From contig MHGF01000038.1 of assembly GCA_001805445.1 (NCBI GenBank), positions 4,912 through 68,911 of the forward strand: a stretch of 64,000 nt of DNA, written 5' to 3'. Below, in pieces: positions 51,399-60,789 of the stretch. The notes below the pieces were generated by a model that saw only the letters and a list, made by a program, of their open reading frames with translations, did not search any database and had not been told where the DNA came from. A program made the position numbers and the translations under genes. How positions within the stretch are numbered: the stretch's first letter is position 1; the number at the start of each line of letters is the position of its first letter. This DNA comes from Omnitrophica WOR_2 bacterium GWF2_43_52 (GTDB taxonomy: Bacteria > Omnitrophota > Gorgyraeia > Gygaellales > UBA12090).

Positions 51399-52181
51399 TT
51401 ATAATTTATGGAAATACCCTGCCACCAATTTTCCTAAAAAGAATCCGGTTCCGCATGATAGCGCGCCTATACCCAATGTTTCTAAACCGCTAAGAAACCA
51501 ATTAATTTTTGTCACCTTAGACTTAGAAACCCCTAAGATAAAAAGAAACAACAAAACAAAAGTAGCGGAAAAAAATAACGCGTTAGATACATTGTCTATT
51601 ATAAAAAACGGAACGAGCGCCGGAAGCGCGCCTATGACAAATGAAGCGCAGGAAATAACACCTATCTCAAACGGGTTATCAATCAACTCTGAAGTTATGC
51701 CTATTTCTTCCTGCACCATAAACTTAAGCCAGCGCTCTTTATCCGCGGTAATACGCGTTACCCCTATCTCTTGTTCCTCTTTGGTAAAACCCATATCTTC
51801 AAAAATCTCGCGTACCTCTTGAATTTCCCGCTGGGGCATTTCTTCTATTTCCCGCCTTTCCCGTTCAATCTGATTCTCAAAAAAATGCTTCTGGGCTTTG
51901 GTTGAGATATACGCGCCAAAAAATATTGCAAGGGACCCCGAAACAATCTGGATGACGCTTGCTAAAATTATTCTCTCTTTGGTCACCAGGGCAACCGACA
52001 CACCGGCGATAAAAGAGACGGTGGTAACTAATCCGGTATCAACAGCATAGACGATATCCCTGATTATCCTGCCTTTTTTACTATGCCAGCTTTCACCATG
52101 CCAGCTTTTGAGCCTTTCGGCAACAGAGCTTTCTAATTGCCGCATCGGGTTATTTGTTTCTGCCTCGCGTAGGCTCTTCAT
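51399..52181 (-). CDS. VIT1/CCC1 Fe/Mn transporter
   Basis: IRDIVYAVDTGLVT, GAYISTKAQ, EREI...EVREIF. Confidence 0.85.
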   Translation of the reverse strand: MKSLREAETNNPMRQLESSVAERLKSWHGESWHSKKGRIIRDIVYAVDTGLVTTVSFIAGVSVALVTKERIILASVIQIVSGSLAIFFGAYISTKAQKHFFENQIERERREIEEMPQREIQEVREIFEDMGFTKEEQEIGVTRITADKERWLKFMVQEEIGITSELIDNPFEIGVISCASFVIGALPALVPFFIIDNVSNALFFSATFVLLFLFILGVSKSKVTKINWFLSGLETLGIGALSCGTGFFLGKLVAGYFHKL

Positions 52182-52368
52182 AGGTAAGTGCCCTAATAAT
52201 GCCTATAGTTGCGCCCGTATCATCGGTTGTCGCGCAATCGCTCACCGAAAACACCTTCTTAATGGCATTTTCCTTAATAAAACCATTCACCTGCTGGTCT
52301 AAGCTAATCAATTCCTTATGAGTCTGGAATATTTTCAACTCATTGGTAAACGTCTTTACTTTTATCAT
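52150..52368 (-). CDS. Small hypothetical protein
   Basis: AAGGAGG RBS; coupled within the operon. Confidence 0.65.
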   Translation of the reverse strand: MIKVKTFTNELKIFQTHKELISLDQQVNGFIKENAIKKVFSVSDCATTDDTGATIGIIRALTYEEPTRGRNK

Positions 52369-52440
52369 CGCTAGCTACCCTCCTTTTTTATCATGTCACG
52401 CTCATACCTCAAGCCTTTTGGTTATCCTCATCTTTCCCTA

Positions 52441-52815
52441 TTATTGTGTATGGCAAAATGCGGCTTTAATTCCCCTACCCTCTAATTCCCGTAATTTCGC
52501 CTGGGAACAGCGCCGGCATAAAAAAACAGCCTTGGCGTCTGAACGGTCGTAATTTTCCGTCTTAACCAAGCGCCATAACGCTCCTGGGTTTCCGCAAGAT
52601 TGGCAGGGGCTTTCTTCTTTTACCTGCCAAAGTTCTGTGATTTTATTTTTCTTGGCATTAAAAATAAACCTATCTACCCAAAAGAATATCGCTGAACCGA
52701 TAAGGTTGGCAATAATCGTAGAGCTTATCCCCATGCCCAGATTCCGCACGACCAGCCATAAAATTGGCGTGCTTAACTGCCATCGAAAAGCATAGATGAT
52801 AAATTTTTTAAACAT
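52441..52815 (-). CDS. Small membrane protein (GtrA-like) with a C-terminal CxxC..CxxC Zn finger
   Basis: YAFRWQLSTP..FFWVDRFIF; CQSC...CRRC. Confidence 0.6.
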   Translation of the reverse strand: MFKKFIIYAFRWQLSTPILWLVVRNLGMGISSTIIANLIGSAIFFWVDRFIFNAKKNKITELWQVKEESPCQSCGNPGALWRLVKTENYDRSDAKAVFLCRRCSQAKLRELEGRGIKAAFCHTQ

Positions 52816-53011
52816 TGTTAGCCTCTCCCAACTTTTTCTTCAATTCTTCAATTTCTGCCTCTAACTCCTCAATCTCAATCCACATCGCGGCCGGATCATT
52901 GTGTTCAAACTTCCCGCACTTCCTATCTCTATAGGAAGGAAGCCTCTTTTTCATATCATCCAGTTCTTTTACCTTAGCCTCTACTATTTTTGCAAGTTCT
53001 GCAGTATCCAT
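52808..53011 (-). CDS. Small coiled-coil hypothetical protein
   Basis: Overlaps both neighbours in operon fashion. Confidence 0.55.
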   Translation of the reverse strand: MDTAELAKIVEAKVKELDDMKKRLPSYRDRKCGKFEHNDPAAMWIEIEELEAEIEELKKKLGEANNV

Positions 53012-53381
53012 AGAAATGTATCCTGTGATATTCTACTACCATCCCCGAACGCCTGCTTATTGCTTTATCTAAATCAGCCAAGAGAGGCTCATCTAAATCA
53101 AAAATCTGTTTGCAGTCAGTGCAGAAAAAATGGTAGTGGTTACGTATATCCGCGTCATAATGGCTGCTGTATTTGCCGCAGGTTAATTCTAAGACCTTAC
53201 CTTCCTCTTTAAGAAGGTTCAAATTCCTATATACCGTCCCCATACTAATCGCGGGAAGGCGCCTTCTTACCATATGAAAAAGCGTATCCGCCCTTGGATG
53301 CGTTTTTACCTTGGTAAGCTCTTCTAGAATAATCCGCCTTTGCTTGGTATTCCTTTTTTTATTGTTAGCTTCTTTTTTCAT
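52974..53381 (-). CDS. perR: Fur/PerR-family repressor
   Basis: TKQRRIILE, HPRAD, TVYRNL, HYHFFCTDC, GYCRTC; heads peroxide/superoxide genes. Confidence 0.8.
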   Translation of the reverse strand: MKKEANNKKRNTKQRRIILEELTKVKTHPRADTLFHMVRRRLPAISMGTVYRNLNLLKEEGKVLELTCGKYSSHYDADIRNHYHFFCTDCKQIFDLDEPLLADLDKAISRRSGMVVEYHRIHFYGYCRTCKNSRG

Positions 53382-53383
53382 CT

Positions 53384-53413
53384 TATTAGTAATAGTAACT
53401 ATTATTACTAATA
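53384..53413. promoter_or_regulatory. Putative Per/Fur box
   Basis: tattagtaata-gtaactat-tattactaata inverted repeat directly upstream of the start codon. Confidence 0.65.
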
Positions 53414-53838
53414 GAATAACAAAAAGATAAACTTTGTCAAGAAAAATTTTGGGAGTTTCCTACTAGACTGTTACATTAGTTTGCAGTAGTCATTTATTTA
53501 CACCTGCGACGAGGTATCACCTCGTCGCGAGGCGATACCTCGTAGATGAACGCAAGGTTATCTTTTTAGATTTTTGAAACCATTAGGAACTCAAAGGCTG
53601 ATTTAGGGGGGATTGGAGAGTTATAGGCAGGGCAGTGAAGTCAATGCCGCCTAATTCTTTTTGCTCTTCTAAAGCCGAAGCGGCAGTTTCTCCTGGTTTC
53701 TGGTTTCTTTTGGACATACGTATTATGCGCCACTATTCCCTGGGGCACAAAGTTGTGGGTGCCCTCAACTTCAATATCGTAAACCTAGAGCCTACCCAGA
53801 GGCTCAATTTTAACGATTGGCTCGAAGATAACTTTACC

Positions 53839-53880
53839 TTGACTTAAATTGCCTGATATGTTATTCTTTTTCTTAAGGAG
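53839..53880 (+). promoter_or_regulatory. Sigma70 promoter and RBS of the TA cassette
   Basis: TTGACT-N17-TATTCT with extended TGn; AAGGAG 7 nt before the ATG at 53888. Confidence 0.75.
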
Positions 53881-53887
53881 TAAAAAA

Positions 53888-54301
53888 ATGAAAGCAAAAT
53901 CATTATCCAAGGTATCTATCGGAAAAAATCTTGTGAAGTTAGAGAAGCTGACAAAATTTTCAACTGTTTCTGCCAAAGAGCTTAAAAATGCCGGATTAGC
54001 CTCTCCTAAAGATTTCAAAGCTGGAGTAATAACAGATAAGGGCGGCTCTCCTAAGTATTTTATATTTGACACATATTCGCTCTGGGATATGCTTTGTGCC
54101 TTTGATGCGAAATTTGAGGAAAATGCTCCGGCCAAAGAATATGTATACCGCAATCCTGTCGGCTGGCTTATTGACGCCATTGAGACCCATCTGCCGGTCA
54201 ACCCTAAATTAGCGCTAAAACTAAAAAAGGGCATTGATGAAGCCCGGAAGTTAGGGCTGGTTCCTTTTGAAAAAATCAAGCATGAGTTAGGATTATCCTG
54301 A
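53888..54301 (+). CDS. Putative type II antitoxin (Phd/YefM-like core, RelB-like tail)
   Basis: TVSAKELKN...VITDKGGSPKYFI; C-terminal KGIDEARKLGLVPFEKIKHELGL; upstream of RelE. Confidence 0.65.
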   Translation: MKAKSLSKVSIGKNLVKLEKLTKFSTVSAKELKNAGLASPKDFKAGVITDKGGSPKYFIFDTYSLWDMLCAFDAKFEENAPAKEYVYRNPVGWLIDAIETHLPVNPKLALKLKKGIDEARKLGLVPFEKIKHELGLS

Positions 54302-54309
54302 CCAGCAAG

Positions 54310-54573
54310 ATGATTGAAAGTTTTGAATTTACCCCTGTCGGCGAACGAGACTTCAAGGGTCTCTCCCGCCAACTGCAGAACAGAATTATTGAAAAAATAG
54401 GACTCTATATTTCCTCTCGCAATCCCCTGCATTTTGCCAAACCCCTGGTAAATCTTCCACCAGCTACCCATAGATTTAGAGTTGGAAAATATCGCGTTTG
54501 TTTCTACATTAAAGGCCTTAATATCATTATTGACGGAGTTGACACCCGCGAAGACGCCTATCGCAGAAGATAA
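54310..54573 (+). CDS. RelE/ParE-family toxin
   Basis: FEFTPVGERDFKGL..QLQNRIIEKI...NPL..AKPL...HRFRVGKYRV......DTREDAYR. Confidence 0.85.
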   Translation: MIESFEFTPVGERDFKGLSRQLQNRIIEKIGLYISSRNPLHFAKPLVNLPPATHRFRVGKYRVCFYIKGLNIIIDGVDTREDAYRRR

Positions 54574-54750
54574 ATCTCCTTCTACCGCCTGCCTGCCTAT
54601 CCGGCAGGCAATCTCCTCCCCCTCTTTTATCTGGCCCAGCTTCGGAGCCTGCGGCAAGAGATTTGCCGTCAGGTGAATAGGGTAGGATTATAGCTGCTAC
54701 TTATGGCAGGAACGCCCCTTCAAATCTATATCTATTCGTGGTTTTAAATT

Positions 54751-57700
54751 CTATTGCGCGCTATAATTCGCCGGCTCCTTGGGCATAACGGTAATTTTGC
54801 TTAAGGCAAACTGCACATCCCGCGCGGGCTTATCCGACTCAAGCAAAATGAGCATCTCCTTTAAGGCTAAAGCAGTAGACACTCCCCTGTCCTCTTCTAA
54901 CCTCAATATCTCCGCAATACAGCCAAGTATTCTACCTATCTCCTGAGCATAGCCTTCTTCTTTTTGCAAAGATGAAGATGCTAAAGCATACTCCCTTATC
55001 CTTTCGCTTGAAGGCATAATCCCGGCATTGACCATAGCCTGAATCTGTTTTAGCTCGTTTTCCAAGTTGATATTGAGGTTTAAGGCCGAGCTGGCTATAG
55101 GCATATTGGTTATCAAGGGCTGATTTAGGGCAGACTGGGTTACGATGGGCAGGGCAGTGAGGTCAATCCCACCAGGTTTATTCTGTAGTGCAGAGGAAGA
55201 GGCAGGTTCAAGCGACTTTAGCTCAAGGGGCGAGGCGGCGGCTGCTTGTAATTCCAGAGGCCTTCCTTTTATCTCTAAAAGCTTGGCTTTTAATATCCCT
55301 TTTTCTGCTTCGGAAATTCCGCGCTTAGGCGGAAAACGGGTGGTAAGAAAAGATATAAGTTTTTCTATCTCCTTCTCTTCCCAATCAAATATTATTTCCT
55401 CTATATTCTTTAATACCGGACCCATCGCTATGTCTCCTAAACCATCCGCGGAAAATAATTCTTTACTTATTTTCTTACGGTCTTCTTCGGATAAACGTTT
55501 TTCTCTCTGTTGGTTTAGGCTTTCCTTAATTTCTTCAGCAGAAGGTTTAAAGTCTTTGAGATTCTCTTTAGTAAGAGTATATGGCATACTGAATTCTGTC
55601 TTAACATCAGAGTTTGATGAAGAAAAATCAAAATAAAGGTCTGTATCCAACGTATTCTTTTTCACTGCGGTTATTCCTTCTTGTCCCCCGTATTTCAAAG
55701 CTTCTTTTCCTGCGGATGATGCATCCGAGAATGAAACCGCGGGCACCATATCTTTTAACAAAAGCTCTGCCAGCCCCTCAAAAACCACCTTGTTTAGGTC
55801 CAGGTTGCTGGCGTTCCAAAGCGGCTGGACTACCACCCCTTGAGGGGTCAATACCAAAACAGCATTAGCTATCATTTTGTCATTGCCATTATATATCCTT
55901 AAGAATAAAGCATTAGTTTCAAGGGCATGAATCATGGGCATCTGATTGTTGCTCTTATGGGGAGCGAAACAGCCCGGAATGCCCACCGCGTAAGTATCTT
56001 TTAAGAAATCCTGGACTATTTCTACGGTTACCTTTTCTGAAGAAATACCTTTGCTTTTATACACCTCTTCAAATCTCTTTGTTTCTCCAAGGATACGTTT
56101 TACTGAATCTTTTACATCTTGCGATAATTTCTCGTTATTAAGAAAATATTCTTTGGCAAAAGCTTCTGCTTCCTGGTGGGAAGTTAGGCCTTTCTCTCTA
56201 TACGAAGCACCTATCTCAATATTATGCATATCGGCAAGCTCAATTAACTGCTCGTTCTGTTGTTTCATCTTATCCGTAATGTCTTCCCCGATGCCTTCCA
56301 TGGGAAGGGTCTTTCTTATGCCTTTATCCCAAAGAAGCGAGCTGTAGCCGCTCTTAAGAAGTTCCGCGTAAACTTCTTTGTTCCACTCTGCTTCTTTAAA
56401 AAGCCACTGGTTGAATCCTTTGGTGTCGCGAAATTCAAGCAGTTTATTAATTGAGAGGGCCGCTTTTTCACATATCCCCGGATACTCACCTTGTAAGCGA
56501 AAATAGAGGCCCACAAAATTACCTATATACGTAGCCATGTAATGAGTATCTAAAAATTCCTTTTCTTCTTCTGTTAAATCTCTATTGATTATCTTCTTAA
56601 ACGCATCGGACTTTACTTGCCGATTAATGATACTCAATTCGCTTAAGAGCTTCTTATCGCCTATACCATCGTTCTTGCTATAGCGGGCTAAAATATCATC
56701 TATCTTCTGGCTGGCATTGTATTCTAACGAAGCACCTTTAAGAATAATCCCTGTTTCTATCAAATAACCCATGGCTCCCCTTAATACTTCGTATTTTTTC
56801 TCAAGGTTCAGAAGGAGCTTTACCTGAGGAGCCATGGCCGGGATGCTGGATAATATATCATCATCCATGGCGGATTTAATAATATCTAAGAAAGAGGTAT
56901 CTCTTTTTCTTAAAAAATCCTCGAAAAAAGAAAGAGCAGGAACCATCTCCGCCTTGCCAAGATAATTAATTATTTCTATAATTTCGCTACGCTCTTTATT
57001 GATAAATTCCACTACCTTATCCCTTAATTTCTGTTCAGATAGGCCAAAAAGGTCTATTATAGATTCGGCTATCAGCTGACTTTCAGGTTTAACAATATTT
57101 ATTAAGGCATTAAGAATATTAACCTTTAGCTCCGGCGCGATTCCTTGATGCTTAAAGACGCTTTTCACGAATGTAGGTATATCCGCTCCAGACTCTTTGA
57201 TAACCTCATTCAAAGAGCCGTCAAGAATTGGCCTGATAAGGAAATCCGGCTGAGCCAGGGAAGAGAATATAAGCCTTACCTTAGCGGCAGAGGGTGAAAG
57301 TTTGGGGTAAAAAACTTCAAGAATTACTTCCAGATTATCAGCAAAAATATTTCTTTCTCCTAACGCATTCATGATAGCTGTTTTATAGTCCTCAGAAGCT
57401 GAGAGAAAATCTTTTCCTAACTCGGGGAGGAGTCTTACTACGGCTCTTCGCGCTTCTTCTCTTGCTGAATCAACAATGCCCTGATTGAATTGTCTTACCA
57501 ACATGTTCATAAAAATGGTTTTTAGGGCATCCGAGGCTGAGGGGAAGTCTTTTTCTAACTGGGGAATAAGTCTGGCGAACGCTTTTTGTGCCAGCTCATA
57601 ACGGCTACTATGGCTTATTAAATCTATAGCCTCAAGGATGGTGATTTTGTAAGTGTCGTATGAAACTGAGGGAAAATCTTCTTCTGTCCGGGGAATTAGG

Positions 57701-60700
57701 CTCCTTAAAGCTGTTTCATTCTTCAACTTTATTAAGTCTTTAACAATGTCAGCCCTGCGAATTTCAGAGAATAGCCTAAAAATACGCGCTAAAGCCTCTT
57801 CTACTACTTTTTCATCAATATAGTCATAGCCCCCATAGCCCCCCGCGCTTAGTGCATATACTAAATCATTAAAGATGGCGGTTTGCCTGACTTCTGAAAC
57901 TAAGGGGAAGTCTTTTTCCATCGGGGGAATGAACTTTAAAAAGACTTCCCTGCAGAGATACATCTCATTACGGTGAAGATTATCTTTTAAAAACTTAATG
58001 ATTATATCTTTAAAGCCTTCTGATAATATAGAGTAGTCTTCTACTAATTGCAGGAGGAATATTTCTAAGCTTTTGTTTTGACCACTACTCCCGTCTGTTA
58101 ACTTATTAAAAATGACGATTTTCTGGGCCTCAGAAGATGAGGGGGTAATACGCACTAAAGATGGATGCTCATACTTTAACTCATCAAGGATAACTTTTTG
58201 ATAGGCTTCTGAGGCTAGAGGAAAGTCTTTTTCCATCTGGAGGTGGATATTTTCTAAGCTTACGCTTGTTACTCTTGGTATTTGTTTTAATTTACCAACG
58301 TCGGATTTAATAACAAAATTTTTAACAATATCAAGGATGGCTTTCTTCTGGACTTCGGAGGACAGGCTAAAAATACTCGTTATTAGAACACCAGTATCGG
58401 AAAGATGATGGTCTCTAGTAGTCGTTTCCATTAATAAGGTTTTAATTGTGGTAGTTCTAATATGCTCACTAGCTACACTTAAAATGCTCCCTAAGAACTC
58501 TGCTGTTTTTCTATTTTCATAGAAATCTCTTATTAACTTATCAACAATGTCGTTTTGTTGAACCACAGAGGCAAGAGGGAAAATACGCGCTAAGGATGCG
58601 TACTGATACCTTAACGCATCAAGGATGAATGTTTTATAGGCGTCTAAGGCTGAAGGAAAGTCTTTTTCCATCTGGGGAATAAGTCTGGTTAAGACTTCTC
58701 CTGTTGCGGAGTTAAAAGAACTCACACTATAAACTCTTCTTAAAGTATTATGGATGGCCATTTTGTAAACCTCATTAGAGGTTGAGAGAAAGTCTTTTTT
58801 TAATTGGGGACTGAGTCTCTCTAAGGCTTTAATTGCTGTTTTTTGTCGTTCCGAACCATAAGTAATAGCCATATCTCTAAGAATATCAAGAAAGGCGGTT
58901 TTCTGATACTCAGAGGTTGAGGGAAGAATACGCTCTAAGGCGTCAGCTACTGGTTGAAAAACATCATATTGAACCAACTTTACAAAAAGATTAAAGCTGG
59001 CGGTTTTATAATCATCATTAGACATTAAGGGAAAATCTTTTTCTAATTGGGGGATAAAACTCTCTAAGGCTTTTATTGCTTTAGAACTGTTAGTTCCTAT
59101 AAGAGCATTAATGATGGTGGCTTTCTGGGCCTCAGAGGCTGAAGGGAAAATACGCGCTAAGGATTCGTGCTCATGCCTTAACTCATCAAGGACGACTGTT
59201 TTATAGGCTTCAGAGGCCAAAGGAAAATCTTTTTCTAATTGAGGAATGAGTCTTGCTAAGGGTTCTTTTGCTGTGTGAGAATACACCCGCCTATTAACTT
59301 CTCTTAAAGCATTCAAGATGGCTATTTTGTGGGCATCAGAGGATGAGGGAAAAATACGCTCTAAATCCCTGACTGGCGCTTTAAAACCAGTAAAAGCAAC
59401 TCTTTTTAAGAAACGAATGCGGAAGGTTTGATAGGCTTCAAAGGTTGAGCGAAAAATACCCTTGGGTTTTATAGAAACGATTGCATCTGGCCGAAGAGGT
59501 ACTGTATCCAACGGAGAGATAGTGTCTGCTTTTTCCTGAACCGCCGACGAAACCATCTTTAGATCTACCTCCGCAGGCAAACCTGTAACCTTAAATGGCC
59601 CTATCGTATTGCTTCCCATGGGCAATTCTCTTTCTGCCTTTATCACAACTACAGGACTGCCGGCTACAGGTACATCTCCTGGGACCTGTGTTGTAAGAGG
59701 GATCCCTACCATTAAATTTAACCCCCCGCTCATATAACTTCTGATAGTCTGTCCGTAGGCTGTAGGTATGGTAGCTTTGTGGTTATACTCGCCTTGCTTA
59801 AATGACTTCCGGTATTGTTGAAAGTAGGTCTGCTTGTCATAAGGCTCTTGTGAGGTAAGGTTAGTTAAGTCTCCTGAGTCTATATCAGGGACGGTTCTCC
59901 CAAGTAAACTACTACTTTCTGAGAACCGTCCCTTATACTTCTGCTTAAACCATTGTGCCAGGATTAATGAGTAATAGACTTGCCTAAGATTAGCGTATCT
60001 TTTGGAAGTGTTTATCTCTTTAGTAAGCTTGGGGATGATCAGCTCTCTGATAAGCTGAGATGAGTATTCATTAAGCTGTTTTTGGAGTTCGTCTTTAAAG
60101 TTGTATTGCGGTGAATCTTTGAGATAATCTTGCTCCAACATTACCTTTAAGGTTGCTTTGTAGATATAGGCACTTGTGGTGAGCGCAATCGAACCATTGT
60201 CTTGGGATTCGCGGATGATAACTTCATCCGGCACGATCCATGGCCGGGTTAAGGTGGGGATAGTAATGTTGCTGCTTGTGCCATAGAGCTCTTCGGCTTT
60301 TTGATATAGCTTATCCCAGTACTCTTTGCCTTCTCTGGTTTCTGGTGAGGTGAATTGCGCGGTGTCTTTCTTCAGCTGGAGGTCTGCTTCAAGAAGTATC
60401 TTACCTACATCAGTCTGGGCTAAGTCATCATCAATGATATTATCAGGGGCATCGGGCCTTAAATTTACCCAGAAACTTGAGTTTGGCAGGGTTAAGCCGA
60501 TGAAGAAGTATTTAAGCAGTTCATTAGTAACTTGTTCCAATGCGAGTTTGGAATCAGGTGGCGCGCTTCCTTTGTCTAAAAGTACGCTGAAGCTATTATT
60601 GAGATTATCATAGCCTATAGAGCGTAGATGTAAGGGACGGAATTTATCCTGATTAAAACTATTGGCATGTGCTTGCTTAAAATATCCAGAGATATCTATT

Positions 60701-60789
60701 GTTTGAGCTACCTGGGCAAAGCTCGATTGCTCAAAGATAAATAAAATGGATAAAATGAGAGATAGTATTTTTTTAGGCTTCTCTGGCAT
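54751..60789 (-). CDS. 2012-aa secreted modular protein: N-terminal domain, HEAT-like repeats, C-terminal GGID domain
   Basis: Signal peptide; FWVNLRPD...LLEADLQLKKD; many LEKDFP.ASE.YK..IL repeats; PGGIDLTALP. Confidence 0.8.
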   Translation of the reverse strand: MPEKPKKILSLILSILFIFEQSSFAQVAQTIDISGYFKQAHANSFNQDKFRPLHLRSIGYDNLNNSFSVLLDKGSAPPDSKLALEQVTNELLKYFFIGLTLPNSSFWVNLRPDAPDNIIDDDLAQTDVGKILLEADLQLKKDTAQFTSPETREGKEYWDKLYQKAEELYGTSSNITIPTLTRPWIVPDEVIIRESQDNGSIALTTSAYIYKATLKVMLEQDYLKDSPQYNFKDELQKQLNEYSSQLIRELIIPKLTKEINTSKRYANLRQVYYSLILAQWFKQKYKGRFSESSSLLGRTVPDIDSGDLTNLTSQEPYDKQTYFQQYRKSFKQGEYNHKATIPTAYGQTIRSYMSGGLNLMVGIPLTTQVPGDVPVAGSPVVVIKAERELPMGSNTIGPFKVTGLPAEVDLKMVSSAVQEKADTISPLDTVPLRPDAIVSIKPKGIFRSTFEAYQTFRIRFLKRVAFTGFKAPVRDLERIFPSSSDAHKIAILNALREVNRRVYSHTAKEPLARLIPQLEKDFPLASEAYKTVVLDELRHEHESLARIFPSASEAQKATIINALIGTNSSKAIKALESFIPQLEKDFPLMSNDDYKTASFNLFVKLVQYDVFQPVADALERILPSTSEYQKTAFLDILRDMAITYGSERQKTAIKALERLSPQLKKDFLSTSNEVYKMAIHNTLRRVYSVSSFNSATGEVLTRLIPQMEKDFPSALDAYKTFILDALRYQYASLARIFPLASVVQQNDIVDKLIRDFYENRKTAEFLGSILSVASEHIRTTTIKTLLMETTTRDHHLSDTGVLITSIFSLSSEVQKKAILDIVKNFVIKSDVGKLKQIPRVTSVSLENIHLQMEKDFPLASEAYQKVILDELKYEHPSLVRITPSSSEAQKIVIFNKLTDGSSGQNKSLEIFLLQLVEDYSILSEGFKDIIIKFLKDNLHRNEMYLCREVFLKFIPPMEKDFPLVSEVRQTAIFNDLVYALSAGGYGGYDYIDEKVVEEALARIFRLFSEIRRADIVKDLIKLKNETALRSLIPRTEEDFPSVSYDTYKITILEAIDLISHSSRYELAQKAFARLIPQLEKDFPSASDALKTIFMNMLVRQFNQGIVDSAREEARRAVVRLLPELGKDFLSASEDYKTAIMNALGERNIFADNLEVILEVFYPKLSPSAAKVRLIFSSLAQPDFLIRPILDGSLNEVIKESGADIPTFVKSVFKHQGIAPELKVNILNALINIVKPESQLIAESIIDLFGLSEQKLRDKVVEFINKERSEIIEIINYLGKAEMVPALSFFEDFLRKRDTSFLDIIKSAMDDDILSSIPAMAPQVKLLLNLEKKYEVLRGAMGYLIETGIILKGASLEYNASQKIDDILARYSKNDGIGDKKLLSELSIINRQVKSDAFKKIINRDLTEEEKEFLDTHYMATYIGNFVGLYFRLQGEYPGICEKAALSINKLLEFRDTKGFNQWLFKEAEWNKEVYAELLKSGYSSLLWDKGIRKTLPMEGIGEDITDKMKQQNEQLIELADMHNIEIGASYREKGLTSHQEAEAFAKEYFLNNEKLSQDVKDSVKRILGETKRFEEVYKSKGISSEKVTVEIVQDFLKDTYAVGIPGCFAPHKSNNQMPMIHALETNALFLRIYNGNDKMIANAVLVLTPQGVVVQPLWNASNLDLNKVVFEGLAELLLKDMVPAVSFSDASSAGKEALKYGGQEGITAVKKNTLDTDLYFDFSSSNSDVKTEFSMPYTLTKENLKDFKPSAEEIKESLNQQREKRLSEEDRKKISKELFSADGLGDIAMGPVLKNIEEIIFDWEEKEIEKLISFLTTRFPPKRGISEAEKGILKAKLLEIKGRPLELQAAAASPLELKSLEPASSSALQNKPGGIDLTALPIVTQSALNQPLITNMPIASSALNLNINLENELKQIQAMVNAGIMPSSERIREYALASSSLQKEEGYAQEIGRILGCIAEILRLEEDRGVSTALALKEMLILLESDKPARDVQFALSKITVMPKEPANYSAQ
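57350..59370 (-). repeat. Degenerate intragenic helical repeats
   Basis: Alternating LIPQLEKDFPSAS and LARIFPSAS units, visible at both protein and DNA level. Confidence 0.8.

Larger units (their letters stand above)
53583..54690 (-). pseudogene. Relic of a giant-protein gene: WD40 fragment, then intein/Hint domain with antisense cargo, then GGIDF tail
   Basis: YSPDGKSLAAGSE; GQIKEGEEIA; IFEPIVKIEPLGRL*VYDIEVEGTHNFVPQGIVAHN/T; then, frameshifted, AASALEEQKELGGIDFTALPITLQSPLNQPL, homologous to the C-terminal region of 54751-60789. Confidence 0.8.

Noticed and set aside
53785-53787. TAG read-through (pyrrolysine or alternative genetic code)
   Set aside because: TAG ends many ordinary genes here, and nearby frameshifts indicate pseudogenisation
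53785-54657. 290-aa minus-strand ORF as an ordinary stand-alone protein, or as mere shadow of the TA genes
   Set aside because: Its middle is antisense filler with no protein-like features, but its ends carry Hint motifs, so it is treated as an intein relic rather than a CDS or noise
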